Part shown: positions 1-10,178 of the stretch, in pieces
Numbering within the stretch: position 1 is the stretch's first letter
Layout: each line of letters starts with the position of its first letter
Origin: an uncultured Sphingopyxis sp.
GTDB taxonomy: Bacteria; Pseudomonadota; Alphaproteobacteria; Sphingomonadales; Sphingomonadaceae
DNA: 64,000 bases
Assembly: GCA_964401155.1 (NCBI GenBank)
Contig: CAYNXF010000004.1
Coordinates: 42,887-106,886, forward strand
Direction of reading: 5' to 3'
The notes under the pieces: model-generated
What the model saw: the letters and a program-made list of their open reading frames with translations, nothing else
Database searches by the model: none
What the model was told of the DNA's origin: nothing
Program-made: the position numbers and the translations under genes

Positions 1-2
1 CC

Positions 3-644
3 GTGCTGGGTTGCCACAGCCTGCTTGAACCTGGTGACGGACCAGCGCTGATTTTCGACATTGGCGGCGGGTCGACCGAGCTGATGCTGGTGGGTGAAGC
101 CGACAACCGGGTCCGCATCGACGATTGGATCAGTATTCCCTGGGGCGTGGTGTCGCTAACCGAATATGCCCCCGTTATTGGCGATGATGTCGCCGCGCGG
201 GTCGCCGCTTATGAACGCATGCGCAGCGTAACGCGCGATGCGCTGGCCAGCTTTGCAGCACGGGTGGCCACGGGCTCCAGCAGCGCAGCGTTGCGCCTGC
301 TGGGCACCAGCGGCACGGTGACGACGCTGGCCAGCGTGTTTCTGGAACTGCCGCGTTATGACCGGCGCGCGGTGGACGGCCTGATTGTTCCCGCCGAAGC
401 GATGCGCGATATCAGCGCCAAGCTCGCCGCCGCCTCGCTTGACGAACGCGCGGCCTTTGGCTGCATCGGGCGCGAGCGCGCCGACTTGGTGGTGGCGGGC
501 TGCGCCATTTTGGAAGGCATTATGGATCTGTGGCCCGCAACCCGGGTCGGCGTGGCCGATCGCGGTATTCGTGAGGGCATTTTGCGCCGCCTCGCCGGAT
601 TTGATGGTGACAGTCCGGTCATCCGCCGTGGCCAGCCGCAATGA
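3..644 (+). CDS. Ppx/GppA family phosphatase, C-terminal part (5' end lies outside the window)
   Basis: ORF is open to the window edge. It carries the actin-fold motif [15 protein letters not shown] and the tail [10 protein letters not shown], typical of exopolyphosphatase/GppA. Its stop overlaps the next start (ATGA at 641-644). Confidence 0.8.
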   Translation: MLGCHSLLEPGDGPALIFDIGGGSTELMLVGEADNRVRIDDWISIPWGVVSLTEYAPVIGDDVAARVAAYERMRSVTRDALASFAARVATGSSSAALRLLGTSGTVTTLASVFLELPRYDRRAVDGLIVPAEAMRDISAKLAAASLDERAAFGCIGRERADLVVAGCAILEGIMDLWPATRVGVADRGIREGILRRLAGFDGDSPVIRRGQPQ

Positions 645-1372
645 CCCGCGGCGGCGGTAAAGCTGGCGGCAGCAGCAAGGCAGGAGGAGGCAAGGCAGGC
701 AGCGGAGCGCGCGGGCTGCACCAGCGCGTTAAGAAAGCGCGGCGGCGCACGGTGTCTTCCAATCGCTGGCTCGAGCGCCAGCTCAACGATCCTTATGTGC
801 GGCGCGCACAGGCCGAGGGATATCGCTCGCGCGCCGCCTACAAGCTTATCGAGCTGGATGAAAAATTCGCTTTTCTGAGCAGGGCACGCGCGGTCGCCGA
901 TCTAGGCATCGCGCCCGGCGGCTGGTCGCAAGTGGTACGCAAGCTCAACCCGCGCGCGGCGGTGGCGGGTATCGACCTGCTCGAATGCGCACCGATTGCA
1001 GGAGTGACGATCTTGCAACAAGATTTCATGGACGATGATGCGCCCGCCGCGCTGCTGGCCGCGCTTGGCTCCATGCCCGATCTGGTACTGTCGGATATGG
1101 CCGCAAATACCGTCGGTCATCCGCAGACCGACCATCTGCGCACCATGGCGCTGGCTGAAACTGCGGCTGATTTTGCTATCCGCACCCTAAAGCCCGGTGG
1201 CAGTTTCGTGACCAAAGTGTTTGCGGGCGGGGCCGACCGCGAACTGCTGACGCTACTCAAACAGAATTTCGCCAGCGTGAAACATGCCAAGCCCCCTGCA
1301 AGCCGCAAGGGATCACCCGAATTGTTCGTGGTCGCCCAAGGCTTTCGTGGACGGGCCGCAAGCGAAGCTTGA
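641..1372 (+). CDS. rlmE: 23S rRNA (uridine2552-2'-O)-methyltransferase RlmE/FtsJ
   Basis: [35 protein letters not shown], the SAM-binding stretch [12 protein letters not shown], and DLVLSDMA. Length is 243 aa. Confidence 0.92.
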   Translation: MTRGGGKAGGSSKAGGGKAGSGARGLHQRVKKARRRTVSSNRWLERQLNDPYVRRAQAEGYRSRAAYKLIELDEKFAFLSRARAVADLGIAPGGWSQVVRKLNPRAAVAGIDLLECAPIAGVTILQQDFMDDDAPAALLAALGSMPDLVLSDMAANTVGHPQTDHLRTMALAETAADFAIRTLKPGGSFVTKVFAGGADRELLTLLKQNFASVKHAKPPASRKGSPELFVVAQGFRGRAASEA

Positions 1373-1455
1373 CGCTGTTACAGGCTTGTTTCATCCCCGA
1401 TTAACCGGCTCGGTGGCAGCATCGCCGGATCACTCAGCTTCCGGGGAAAATAGTT

Positions 1456-2904
1456 ATGCGCGCAGGCGTTGCTTCCATCACCATAACAGCATTGCTGCTG
1501 TCCGGTTGTGGCGGCGGTGGTGGCGGATCCGCCCCGCCGGTTAGTGTGGCCCCGACGCCCACCCCGGCGCCAACGCCCACGCCGACGGCGGGCTGCTCGC
1601 TGACCGAGCGTCAGACCTTTGCCCGCGACGTCATCAACGAATGGTATCTGTTCCCGTCCGACGTCGCCTCCGGCGTCAACCCGTCGAGTTTTTCGACTGT
1701 CGATGCCTATATCGACGCGCTGGTTGCTCCGGCGCGCGCGGCGGGCAAGGACCGGTTTTTCACCTACATCACCTCAATTGCAGAGGAGAATGCGTTTTTC
1801 TCCAGCGGCGCGAGCGCGGGCTTTGGCGTGCGACTTTCCTATAACAGCGGCGCGCGGCGCTTGTTCATCGCCGAGGCCTATGAAGGCGCGCCGGCGCTTG
1901 CCGCCGGAATTGACCGCGGCACAGAAGTTGTTGCCATCGGGACGACGGCCAGCAATTTGCGCACCATCAACGAAATTGTCAGTGCCGAAGGCACAGCGGG
2001 CATCAACACGGCGCTGGGGCCCAACACAGCCGGCCTGTCGCGCGTGCTGCGCATCAACAATGGCGCGGGCAATGTCGACGTAACGGTGACTAAAGCTGAT
2101 TTTTCCATCGATCCCATCTCGGACCGCTACGGCGCCAAGATTATCGAGGATGGGGGGCGCCGCTATGGCTATCTCAACCTGCGCACCTTTATCTCTTCTG
2201 CTGATGCCCAGCTGCGCGCTGCCTTTTTGAACTTCCGCAACGAAGGCGTGACCGAGCTGATCATCGACTTCCGCTATAACGGCGGCGGACTGGTTTCGAC
2301 TGCCGAGCTGATGGGCGATCTGATGGGCCAAAACCGTTTCACCAGCGAGATTTTCAGCCGCACCGATTTCCGCCCCGAAAAGGCGGCGAACAACGAGCTG
2401 GATTTCTTTGCGCCGCAGCCACAATCCATCGCGCCGACGCGCATCGCCTTCATCGGCACAGGATCAACCGCGTCGGCTAGCGAGTTTGTGATCAACGGTA
2501 TGCTCCCCTATCTCGGCAGCAACCTGGCGCTGGTCGGCGCCAACACGTTTGGCAAGCCGGTGGGACAGATCGCGCTCGACCGCGCGGCGTGTGACGACCG
2601 GATGCGGGTGGTCGCCTTTTCCACCGGCAACGCGGCGGGCACCGGCGATTATTTCAACGGCCTCGCCTCCAAAGTACAACGAACCTGCGCCGCCGCAGAC
2701 AATGTTTCATTCCCGCTGGGTGACGCGCGTGAAACTTCGATCGCGCGGGCCATCGATTTCCTTGCGGGCCGTTCTTGTAGCGCGATAAGCGAGGCCGGGG
2801 TGCAGGCACAGTCGGCACGCCAGCAAGTTATTGACGAACAAATGGTGCCGGTCACCGCCACGCAGCCATCCGCGGCGCAGCGGGAAATCCCCGGGCTGTT
2901 TTAG
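1456..2904 (+). CDS. S41-family (C-terminal processing) peptidase-like lipoprotein
   Basis: Lipobox LLLSG-C followed by a Gly run and a PT-rich linker. S41 hallmarks are present: LIIDFRYNGGGLV and GTGSTASASEFVINGM. Confidence 0.75.
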   Translation: MRAGVASITITALLLSGCGGGGGGSAPPVSVAPTPTPAPTPTPTAGCSLTERQTFARDVINEWYLFPSDVASGVNPSSFSTVDAYIDALVAPARAAGKDRFFTYITSIAEENAFFSSGASAGFGVRLSYNSGARRLFIAEAYEGAPALAAGIDRGTEVVAIGTTASNLRTINEIVSAEGTAGINTALGPNTAGLSRVLRINNGAGNVDVTVTKADFSIDPISDRYGAKIIEDGGRRYGYLNLRTFISSADAQLRAAFLNFRNEGVTELIIDFRYNGGGLVSTAELMGDLMGQNRFTSEIFSRTDFRPEKAANNELDFFAPQPQSIAPTRIAFIGTGSTASASEFVINGMLPYLGSNLALVGANTFGKPVGQIALDRAACDDRMRVVAFSTGNAAGTGDYFNGLASKVQRTCAAADNVSFPLGDARETSIARAIDFLAGRSCSAISEAGVQAQSARQQVIDEQMVPVTATQPSAAQREIPGLF

Positions 2905-3689
2905 AAAAAGGCGAGCAACGCCACACCCAGCGCGACGCGGTACACGACAAACACCATCATTGTCGCCTTGCGTAGGAAGTTCATTAGGAACGCCATGGTG
3001 GCAAAGGCCGCGACAAAGGTCAGCGCGCCGGTGATCAGCGCGTCCATCTGCATCTGCGCCGTCGCATCAGCGAGCTCGAGCGCCACGAGCGTGCCCGCTC
3101 CGGCCACCGCTGGGATGGACAGCAGGAAAGAGAAACGCGCCGCCTCGACGCGCTTATAGCCGAGGAAGCGCGCCGCGGTCATCGTCACGCCCGACCGGCT
3201 GGTGCCGGGGACCAGCGCGAGCGCCTGCGCGCATCCAACGATGATGGCATCACGCAGCGTGAGATTTTCATAGCTGCGTTCTTCTTTGCCAAAACGGTCA
3301 GCGATGCCGAGCAGTATGCCATAGACAATCAGGTTGACCGCGACGAGGTGGGTCGAGCGAAACTCCTCAAGCATGTCTTTAAGCAGAAAGCCGACTGCGA
3401 CCGCCGGGATGGTACCGATGACGATCCACAGGAACAGGTTGCGCTGTTCGGGTGCCTTGCCGATACCGATGGTGGCAAAACCGCCCTGCGCCAGCCCGCG
3501 CACGTCGCGCCAGAAATAGATGATGATGGCCAGCAGCGAACCGATATGCACCGCCACATCGATCAACGGCCCCTGATCGGGCAGTTCGGCCAGCTTAGGT
3601 AACAGGATGAGGTGGCCTGACGAGGAAATGGGCAAAAATTCGGTGACGCCCTGAATGACGGCAATCAGCAGCATTTGAATGAAAGACAT
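2901..3689 (-). CDS. uppP: undecaprenyl-diphosphate phosphatase
   Basis: N-terminus MSFIQMLLIAVIQGVTEFLPISSSGHL plus PGTSRSG, the canonical BacA/UppP motifs. Polytopic membrane protein of 262 aa. Confidence 0.95.
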   Translation of the reverse strand: MSFIQMLLIAVIQGVTEFLPISSSGHLILLPKLAELPDQGPLIDVAVHIGSLLAIIIYFWRDVRGLAQGGFATIGIGKAPEQRNLFLWIVIGTIPAVAVGFLLKDMLEEFRSTHLVAVNLIVYGILLGIADRFGKEERSYENLTLRDAIIVGCAQALALVPGTSRSGVTMTAARFLGYKRVEAARFSFLLSIPAVAGAGTLVALELADATAQMQMDALITGALTFVAAFATMAFLMNFLRKATMMVFVVYRVALGVALLAFF

Positions 3690-3749
3690 CGGGTTTTCCT
3701 GCGCGGGCTGTGCCGCGCGCCTAGCCGCGCTGGCGGGGCATGTCCAGCA

Positions 3750-4730
3750 TCAGCCCAGCGTGCGCTCGACGAACCACACCCCCGCGACAATGCCGATGGC
3801 ATAGGCCGCCGCGCGGACAATGGCTGGCTCCGACCGCTGCGCCCATCGCCGCAGCAGCGCCAGCGCTGCCGCGCCCGCCAATACAATCGCAATTTGCCCC
3901 GCCTCGACCCCCAGGTTGAAGGCGAACAGCGCCATCGGCACTTCACCTTCGGGCAGCCCGATTTCACTGAGCGCACCAGCAAAGCCAAAGCCGTGCAGCA
4001 GGCCAAAGCCAAAGGCGACAATCCATGGTGCGCGTTCGGACAAGCGGGGATTGCCCGGCTGCTTCTTCAAAATCTCGACCGCCAGAAACATGATCGACAA
4101 GGCAATCACGCTTTCGACCGGCGCCGAGGGCAGGCCCAGATAGCCCAGCGTCGTCCCCACCAGCGTTACCGAGTGGGCAAGCGTAAAGGCCGTCACCGCC
4201 GCCGCAATGCGCCGCACCCCATCGAGCAGCAACACAAAGGCGAGCACGAACAGCAAATGGTCATAACCCAAGACGATGTGCTCGACGCCGATGATGAAAT
4301 AGCTGCCCGCCACCTGCCACCGTCCCGCACGCGCGATGATTGTCGCCGTTGGTTCGTCGGGGGTCAGCCGGAGCGTTTGCACGGGTCGCCCCAGCGGCGC
4401 GACGCGAACAATAACGTCGGTTACCGCAAGGTCGAGCCCGGCCATGCCGATACGCTTGCCAGCGACATCTCCCGAACAGCGCACCGGCGCACGGCTGACC
4501 AGCGCGGTCGCGGACAGGCTGCGTTGGCCGGGCCTCGCCAACGCGCAGCCCGGCGGCAATACGGGCCGAACATCGGGTGTCAGATCAGCCTGCACCGGCA
4601 ATTTCCAAAGCAATGTCCAGCTGCCGTTGCCACGCTCGGTAAATTCGACGTAGGCGGGGCGCAGCGTATCGGCGGCAGCAGGCCAAGCAGCCGCAAATGC
4701 CAGCAGCAGCGCCAATAGCGCGCGCATCAT
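3750..4730 (-). CDS. HupE/UreJ family membrane protein with N-terminal periplasmic domain
   Basis: Signal peptide MMRALLALLLAFAAAWPAAA. HIVLGYDHLLFVLAFVLLL and GLLHGFGFAGAL are HupE/UreJ-type helices. The start overlaps the upstream gene's stop. Confidence 0.8.
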   Translation of the reverse strand: MMRALLALLLAFAAAWPAAADTLRPAYVEFTERGNGSWTLLWKLPVQADLTPDVRPVLPPGCALARPGQRSLSATALVSRAPVRCSGDVAGKRIGMAGLDLAVTDVIVRVAPLGRPVQTLRLTPDEPTATIIARAGRWQVAGSYFIIGVEHIVLGYDHLLFVLAFVLLLDGVRRIAAAVTAFTLAHSVTLVGTTLGYLGLPSAPVESVIALSIMFLAVEILKKQPGNPRLSERAPWIVAFGFGLLHGFGFAGALSEIGLPEGEVPMALFAFNLGVEAGQIAIVLAGAAALALLRRWAQRSEPAIVRAAAYAIGIVAGVWFVERTLG

Positions 4731-5563
4731 GGCCGTTCGATCTTGATCGTATAGCCGTCGAGCAATGCTTGATAGGCCTTGGCCTCGCGCTCCGCCCGCG
4801 TCGCGGCGCGCCAGTCATTTTCGGCTGCCTGCCTGACATCGATCAGGCGCGGCGCCGCGGTTGCCGTTACGGCCTGTACCCGCACCAAATGTGCGCCAAA
4901 GCCCGAGGAGAGCGGTCCCTGCCATTGTCCGGTCGGCAATGCGATTAGCCCGGCAGCAAAGCCAGCGCCAAACTGCCGATCGATGGCCGCGCGGTCAGCG
5001 CCCTCAACGGTGCGCGGCAGCGACAGCCGTTCGCCCAGCGTTGACCATGCCGCCCCGCTGCGCAGTTGCCGCCGGATGTCCGACGCCTGGACCGCCAAGG
5101 CGTCGGCGTCACCCTGTCCCAGATAGATCTGGTCAAAGCTGAAACGCGGCGCAGCAGCGTAGCGCGCCGGATTGCGGTCAAGCCACGCCTGCAATGTCGC
5201 ATCATCGGGAACGGCATTTTCGGTCGCCGCGCCGCCCAGAAACTCCATCTTTGAGCGGAGGCGCCGCCGGATGATCGGGTCGTCCTGATCGAGCCCCAGC
5301 CGCAGCGCTTCGCGGTAATAAACCTCTTCCTTGATGTGATCGCGGATCAGCGCGTCGACCTCGGCCGGGGTCGGGCTGCGCTGCCATGCCGCCTGCCACC
5401 GCGCCACCAGTCGGCCCACCTGATCCTCGCTGATGGTGATGGTGCGGCTCGCCGGATCGACCGGCTGATCGCGCAGTGAGGCGACCAGAAACACCGCCAG
5501 CCCCGCGAGCAGGAAATGCACCAGCGGCTCGCGCAACCATTGGCGCACCCTATTGCCGGGCAT
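4727..5563 (-). CDS. membrane-anchored PpiC/parvulin-type peptidyl-prolyl isomerase domain protein
   Basis: N-terminal TM helix LVHFLLAGLAVFLVASL. The C-terminal stretch FGAGFAAGLIALPTGQWQGPLSSGFGAHLVRV is parvulin-like. The gene is coupled to both neighbours. Confidence 0.6.
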   Translation of the reverse strand: MPGNRVRQWLREPLVHFLLAGLAVFLVASLRDQPVDPASRTITISEDQVGRLVARWQAAWQRSPTPAEVDALIRDHIKEEVYYREALRLGLDQDDPIIRRRLRSKMEFLGGAATENAVPDDATLQAWLDRNPARYAAAPRFSFDQIYLGQGDADALAVQASDIRRQLRSGAAWSTLGERLSLPRTVEGADRAAIDRQFGAGFAAGLIALPTGQWQGPLSSGFGAHLVRVQAVTATAAPRLIDVRQAAENDWRAATRAEREAKAYQALLDGYTIKIERP

Positions 5564-7059
5564 CAGTCGGCCAATATCGGGTTCGGCCCCATGCCAATGT
5601 CATCGCCATTGGCCCAGCAGGCGTGCGTGCCCGAACAGATGCGCTCGGGCAGGATGATGCGGCACACCGGACCCGCCGCGAGATTCCGCGCGTCGTAAAG
5701 CACGCATTCGCTGCGATCGTTCGGCACGTCGGAAATGAAGGTGACGAGATATCCGTCATCTTCGTCCACCGCGCCCATTCGCGGGATAAAGGGGGCTTCG
5801 CTGCCGAAGCGGCCGGGGCCGAATTCCACGCTCTCGCTGGTGCCAGCAGTCAGGTCATGCTTCACCAGCCCGCGGAACAGGAACCAGCCGGGTTCGGGGA
5901 TCGTGCTGTATCCATAGCGATATTTGCGGCCGGCATGGCGCTGGTTGATCGTGCCGAATTCCAATATGCGCTCGTCGAGCCGCTCTTCGCGCGTTTCCCC
6001 GGTTTTGAGGTTGAAGCGCCAGCGGTGCAGGTGCGGCTTCATCAATTGCTGGTCGAGGTACGCCATCATCCGCTCAAGCCCCGGCGGTGCCTCTGGGAAG
6101 GATTTGGGCATCGGCTCTTCCTGAAAATAGCCGTCAAGGATGATCTCGTCGCCCTCCTCCCAAGCGTTGAGCCAGTGGAGCGTGTAGGTTGGTGTAGCCT
6201 CGAACCAGCGGATGTCGGCGGCGCTGCCATAACGCGGAATGATCGCAAAGCGTGTCGGCTGGTCAGGGTGAAATCCCACCGCATGAATTCGCCTTTCGAG
6301 CAGCTCCGGGTCCCAGTAAAGCGGCATATCATTGAGGATGCTGAAATTTTCGGTGAAGGCCATGTCGTGCGGCAGGCGCGGGCCGGGCAGCGGGATGGGC
6401 ACATAATGCTTCAGCCGGTTGTCCGCGCCGACCACGCCATAATGCATGAAGGGCGCATGCTTCGAATAGTTGAAGAACATCAGCTCGCCGGTAACCGGGT
6501 CGAGCTTCGGGTGCGCGGAAATGCCGTCAAGCGGGACCCATCCCTCGGTCCCCTCGGTCTCCAGCGTGAAGGGGTTGAGCCGGTATCCCTCGCCGCACTG
6601 ATAAAAGGTCGAAAGCACGCGCCCGGCGTGGATGATGACATCGGTCGAGGAGCTGTCCTTCAGCCATTCCTGCGCGCCCCAGCCCGGCCGCGTCGATTTG
6701 TGCGGCGGCTCCATGAGCCCCGCCCACAATGCGCGCCCTGCCTCGGCCTCGGCCGCCATGCCCTTGGTGCGCACGAAGCGGCTGCGATAGGCCGCACGCC
6801 CGCCTTTGAACGACATGCAGTGCAGAAAGCCGTCGCCGTCAAACGGATGATAGCGCCCGATGGGTTCGTGTATCTGGTTCTCACCAGTGCGCACATAAAC
6901 ACCGTCGATGTCGGTGGGGATGGCCCCGATCACTTCGGCATCGCCCGGGCCGAACAATGCATTCCATTCGTTGAACGTCGGCCGCCACGCGCCGCCCAGA
7001 TAGGGGTTGTCGCTGGGCCCAAGCGTCGAATGAATGGTTCCGGCCTTCACCGCTGGCAT
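5563..7059 (-). CDS. carotenoid (apocarotenoid/lignostilbene-type) cleavage oxygenase
   Basis: 498 aa. Family signatures include FDGDGFLHCMSF, HDMAFTENFSILNDMP, TLHWLNAWEEGDEIILDGY and SGTHACW, with four conserved-His contexts. Confidence 0.88.
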   Translation of the reverse strand: MPAVKAGTIHSTLGPSDNPYLGGAWRPTFNEWNALFGPGDAEVIGAIPTDIDGVYVRTGENQIHEPIGRYHPFDGDGFLHCMSFKGGRAAYRSRFVRTKGMAAEAEAGRALWAGLMEPPHKSTRPGWGAQEWLKDSSSTDVIIHAGRVLSTFYQCGEGYRLNPFTLETEGTEGWVPLDGISAHPKLDPVTGELMFFNYSKHAPFMHYGVVGADNRLKHYVPIPLPGPRLPHDMAFTENFSILNDMPLYWDPELLERRIHAVGFHPDQPTRFAIIPRYGSAADIRWFEATPTYTLHWLNAWEEGDEIILDGYFQEEPMPKSFPEAPPGLERMMAYLDQQLMKPHLHRWRFNLKTGETREERLDERILEFGTINQRHAGRKYRYGYSTIPEPGWFLFRGLVKHDLTAGTSESVEFGPGRFGSEAPFIPRMGAVDEDDGYLVTFISDVPNDRSECVLYDARNLAAGPVCRIILPERICSGTHACWANGDDIGMGPNPILAD

Positions 7060-7111
7060 GACAAGCTCTCCAGGCGCGGCACCGCCGCCGCCCGACTATG
7101 GCGCACAAACT

Positions 7112-8260
7112 CTAACGCTTGCAAGCTTCGCCGCGACCTTTCTCAACCTGCAACCGCGAGGTCAGGCTGGTCGACGTCGTGTTGATGCGGATGCCGGTGG
7201 CTTCGCAGCGCCGCAACTGGAAGCGCACCTTGCGTGCGCGGAAATCGAGCGAGACGCGGCGAAAGGTTGCCATCAGGTCGGTGCCCAGCAGCAGCGCGGG
7301 CTGGTCCGCCATGCCAAAGACAGCAAAGGGCGGCACGTCGGCAAAGGCAATTGGTACGTTATGCAGAATGATGCTGCCCAGCCGCACTTCGCGCACCACC
7401 GCGATTTCCAGCGGCACGGTGACCCCGGTCACACCGGTCACCTCGATCGTCTCGATGGTCGCGCTACGTCGCCGGATGATCTGGTCGCGCAGCGCCATAT
7501 TGCCGATGGTGATTTCGGACCCGGTGTCGATGACCGCTTCGATCGGACGGTCGTTGGCCTTGACCTGCGTCAATATCAGTTGGCCGCTGCGCCGCCGGGC
7601 GGTGACGACGATTTCGCCGTCAAACCGCGGCGCAGGACGCCGCGCATCCTCGACATTGATGGTGCGCTTTTCAAAGTCGAGCATCAGCCGCTGTTCCGTG
7701 AGCGCGTCGATGCCCAGCATGCCGTCGCCCCCCAGATCATTTTCCGACAGAACGGGGAGTTCAAGGTCGGCCACGCGCGACGTGCCTAGCGCCAGTTCGC
7801 CCACCAGCACGCGCGGCACGATACTGCTGCCCGTCATCGCGTTGAGGGTGATGTTGCTGCCCGCGGGCAAGTTCAGCGCGCGGGCGATGCGCGTGCCAAT
7901 GACGCTACTGTCTGCGCCGCTGTCGACGACAAATCGATAGGGGCCGGTGCCATCGACCTTGACCGCCACGGTCATCCGCGTGCGCTGCCGCCGCGCATCA
8001 ATATCCTCGCCGCCAATGGTCAGCGTATCGTCGATGATGGCGGGCGGCAGCGGCGCCATCGGTGCGGGTGCGACGTGCACCGGTTTGGGAATCGGAGTGG
8101 GATCCGGGGCACCCTGCGCTACGGGGCCCATGGCAGCCAGCGCCAGGAAAGAAGCACCGATGTGCCAAATGCGATGCGCCATCCGCATTCCCGCCCCCAA
8201 TGGCAAGCCGCGCTCCGGTCCGCCGGTGGTTACAGTTCGGACCGCAGCAACGCTGAGCAT
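7112..8260 (-). CDS. retropepsin-like (clan AA) aspartic protease, two-lobed, secreted
   Basis: Two D-S/T-G motifs (FVVDSGADSSVIG and AVIDTGSEITIG). A signal-like segment HIGASFLALAAMGPVAQG suggests the true start may be the internal Met near 8188. Confidence 0.7.
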   Translation of the reverse strand: MLSVAAVRTVTTGGPERGLPLGAGMRMAHRIWHIGASFLALAAMGPVAQGAPDPTPIPKPVHVAPAPMAPLPPAIIDDTLTIGGEDIDARRQRTRMTVAVKVDGTGPYRFVVDSGADSSVIGTRIARALNLPAGSNITLNAMTGSSIVPRVLVGELALGTSRVADLELPVLSENDLGGDGMLGIDALTEQRLMLDFEKRTINVEDARRPAPRFDGEIVVTARRRSGQLILTQVKANDRPIEAVIDTGSEITIGNMALRDQIIRRRSATIETIEVTGVTGVTVPLEIAVVREVRLGSIILHNVPIAFADVPPFAVFGMADQPALLLGTDLMATFRRVSLDFRARKVRFQLRRCEATGIRINTTSTSLTSRLQVEKGRGEACKR

Positions 8261-8353
8261 ATAGCATGGAGATGCCAGAGTGCGCCAGCCGCACCGATCC
8301 GCGTCACGGCAAAGGCTAACAAGTCAATCAAAATGGGATGCTGCGCGAAAAAC

Positions 8354-8428
8354 TGGAGCGGGCGAAGGGATTCGAACCCTCGACCCCAACCTTGGCAAGG
8401 TTGTGCTCTACCCCTGAGCTACGCCCGC
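8354..8428 (-). tRNA. tRNA-Gly (anticodon GCC), CCA encoded
   Basis: The reverse complement folds as a perfect cloverleaf: gcgggcg/cgcccgc acceptor, anticodon loop ttGCCaa, T-arm gaggg-ttcgaat-ccctt, terminal tcca. Confidence 0.95.
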
Positions 8429-8635
8429 TCTGGCGCTGATTGACGGGGGCCGAAGGCTGGACCCGTCTGGGCAGGAGCGGGCCGCTAGCATGGCGGGCGG
8501 GGCGGGGCAAGGGCATTTTTGCGGTGCAGCGCCACCGCGCGAATCCCTTGGCAATTGCCCTCTGTCGCCCCACATAGGGTCGAAGACAAAAAACGCGCGG
8601 GCCGAGTCCGCGCCAAAGCGAAAGCGAAAATTACG

Positions 8636-9547
8636 GTGGCAACTCTGGGATTGAGTCCTGACGAACAGCGTGCGGTCGAGGAATTTCGGCGCACGGTCGT
8701 AGATCCGTCGATGACCAAATTGGTGATTCTGGATTTTTGGGCCGAATGGTGCGGGCCGTGCAAGCAGCTGACCCCCGTTCTGGAAAAGGTTGCCGCCGAT
8801 TATGCTGATCGAGGGGTCGTGCTGGCCAAAATCGACGTCGATGCCAATCGCTTCATCGCCGCGCAGTTTCAGGTGCAGTCCATCCCCACCGTCTATGCGA
8901 TTTTTCAAGGGCAACCGGTCGCGAACCTGACCAACGCACGGACCGAGGGGCAGCTGAAAGCCATGCTCGACCAGTTGCTCGCGCAGTTGCCGGTGGAAAG
9001 CGCGGCGGGCGATTTGGCGGCGCAGATTGCGCCGCTGATCGACATGGGCGAGACTGTGCTGGGCGAAGGCGACGGCCCGCGCGCCGCCAATATTTTTGCC
9101 CAGATTATTGAGATGGCGCCCGACCATGCCGCCGCGCACGCCGGGCGGGTGCGCGCGCTGGTCGCAGCGGGCGATGTTGCGGGGGCGGAAGCCGCGCTGG
9201 CGGCAGTGCCCGAGGCAATTGCAGCCGATCCCGCACTGGCACAAGCGCGCTCAGCGCTGGCGCTTGCTGCCGACGCGCCCGATGCGGGCGAACGCACCGC
9301 GCTGGAGGCCGCCGTCGCCGCCGATCCGACCGACCATCAGGCGCGCTTTGATCTGGCCGCCGCGCAGATTGCGGCGGGTGAGCGCGACGCGGGGGCCGAT
9401 CATCTGCTGCACATCATCGCCGCCGAGCGCGACTGGAATGAGGGCGCAGCGCGGACCAAGCTACTCGCCTTGTTTGAAGCGGTCGGGCTGGAAGACCCGT
9501 GGGTCGCCGCCCAGCGCCGCCGTTTGTCGCTGATCCTGTTCGGATGA
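8636..9547 (+). CDS. thioredoxin-domain plus TPR co-chaperone (YbbN/CnoX-like)
   Basis: ILDFWAEWCGPCKQL thioredoxin active site followed by an Ala-rich TPR-like C-terminus. The ORF is open from 8519, but the GTG at 8636 gives the usual N-terminal length. Confidence 0.8.
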   Translation: MATLGLSPDEQRAVEEFRRTVVDPSMTKLVILDFWAEWCGPCKQLTPVLEKVAADYADRGVVLAKIDVDANRFIAAQFQVQSIPTVYAIFQGQPVANLTNARTEGQLKAMLDQLLAQLPVESAAGDLAAQIAPLIDMGETVLGEGDGPRAANIFAQIIEMAPDHAAAHAGRVRALVAAGDVAGAEAALAAVPEAIAADPALAQARSALALAADAPDAGERTALEAAVAADPTDHQARFDLAAAQIAAGERDAGADHLLHIIAAERDWNEGAARTKLLALFEAVGLEDPWVAAQRRRLSLILFG

Positions 9548-10173
9548 CCGTTCGCCGCCTTGCCATATTCCCGCTGACGGGCGCAGTACTGTTTCCTGGC
9601 CTGCAACTGCCACTGCATATTTTCGAGCCGCGCTACCGCGCGATGGTGCAGGAGGTGCTGGTGCGCGACCGGCGCATCGGCATGATTCAACCGCGTGTGG
9701 TTGCCGGTGCGGAAATGCGCGAGCCGCCAGCGCTGTTCGATATTGGCTGTGTGGGCCATATCGCCGATGTCGAGGCGCTGGACGATGGCCGCTTCAATCT
9801 GGTGCTGGCGGGTTTGACGCGCTTTCGCGTGCTGCGCGAGCTCGAGGTCGTCACGCCGTTCCGCCAGGTCGAGGCCGAGATCGAGGACAGCGCCGCCGAC
9901 GACAGCTTGTCGAGCATCGAGCGCGCCGGGGTGGAGCGCGAAGCCAAACGCTTCGCCGAGCGGCAGGGCTATCTGGTCGACTGGAATGCGGTAGGCCAGC
10001 TCGACGATGCGACGCTGGTCAACGGCATCGCGCAAGTCGCGCCGTTCGACGCGGCGGCGAAGCAGGCACTGCTAGAAGCCGAGACGATCGGCGAGCGCGC
10101 TGAACTGGCGGTACAGCTGATGCAGTTTTTCGGGCGCGCCGATGGCGATGAGGGGTATGTTACGCTGCAATAG
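9544..10173 (+). CDS. LON substrate-binding (N-terminal) domain protein
   Basis: RLAIFPLTGAVLFPGLQLPLHIFEPRYRAMV is typical of the Lon N-terminal domain. ATG at 9544 overlaps the upstream stop (ATGA). Confidence 0.8.
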   Translation: MTVRRLAIFPLTGAVLFPGLQLPLHIFEPRYRAMVQEVLVRDRRIGMIQPRVVAGAEMREPPALFDIGCVGHIADVEALDDGRFNLVLAGLTRFRVLRELEVVTPFRQVEAEIEDSAADDSLSSIERAGVEREAKRFAERQGYLVDWNAVGQLDDATLVNGIAQVAPFDAAAKQALLEAETIGERAELAVQLMQFFGRADGDEGYVTLQ

Positions 10174-10178
10174 CAGCG

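Noticed and set aside
3675-4718. 347-aa plus-strand ORF
   Set aside because: It is antisense to the HupE/UreJ gene, with extreme Arg/Gln/Gly content.
5476-7185. 569-aa plus-strand ORF
   Set aside because: It is antisense to the carotenoid oxygenase, whose frame has clear family motifs. There is no RBS or domain signal on the plus strand.
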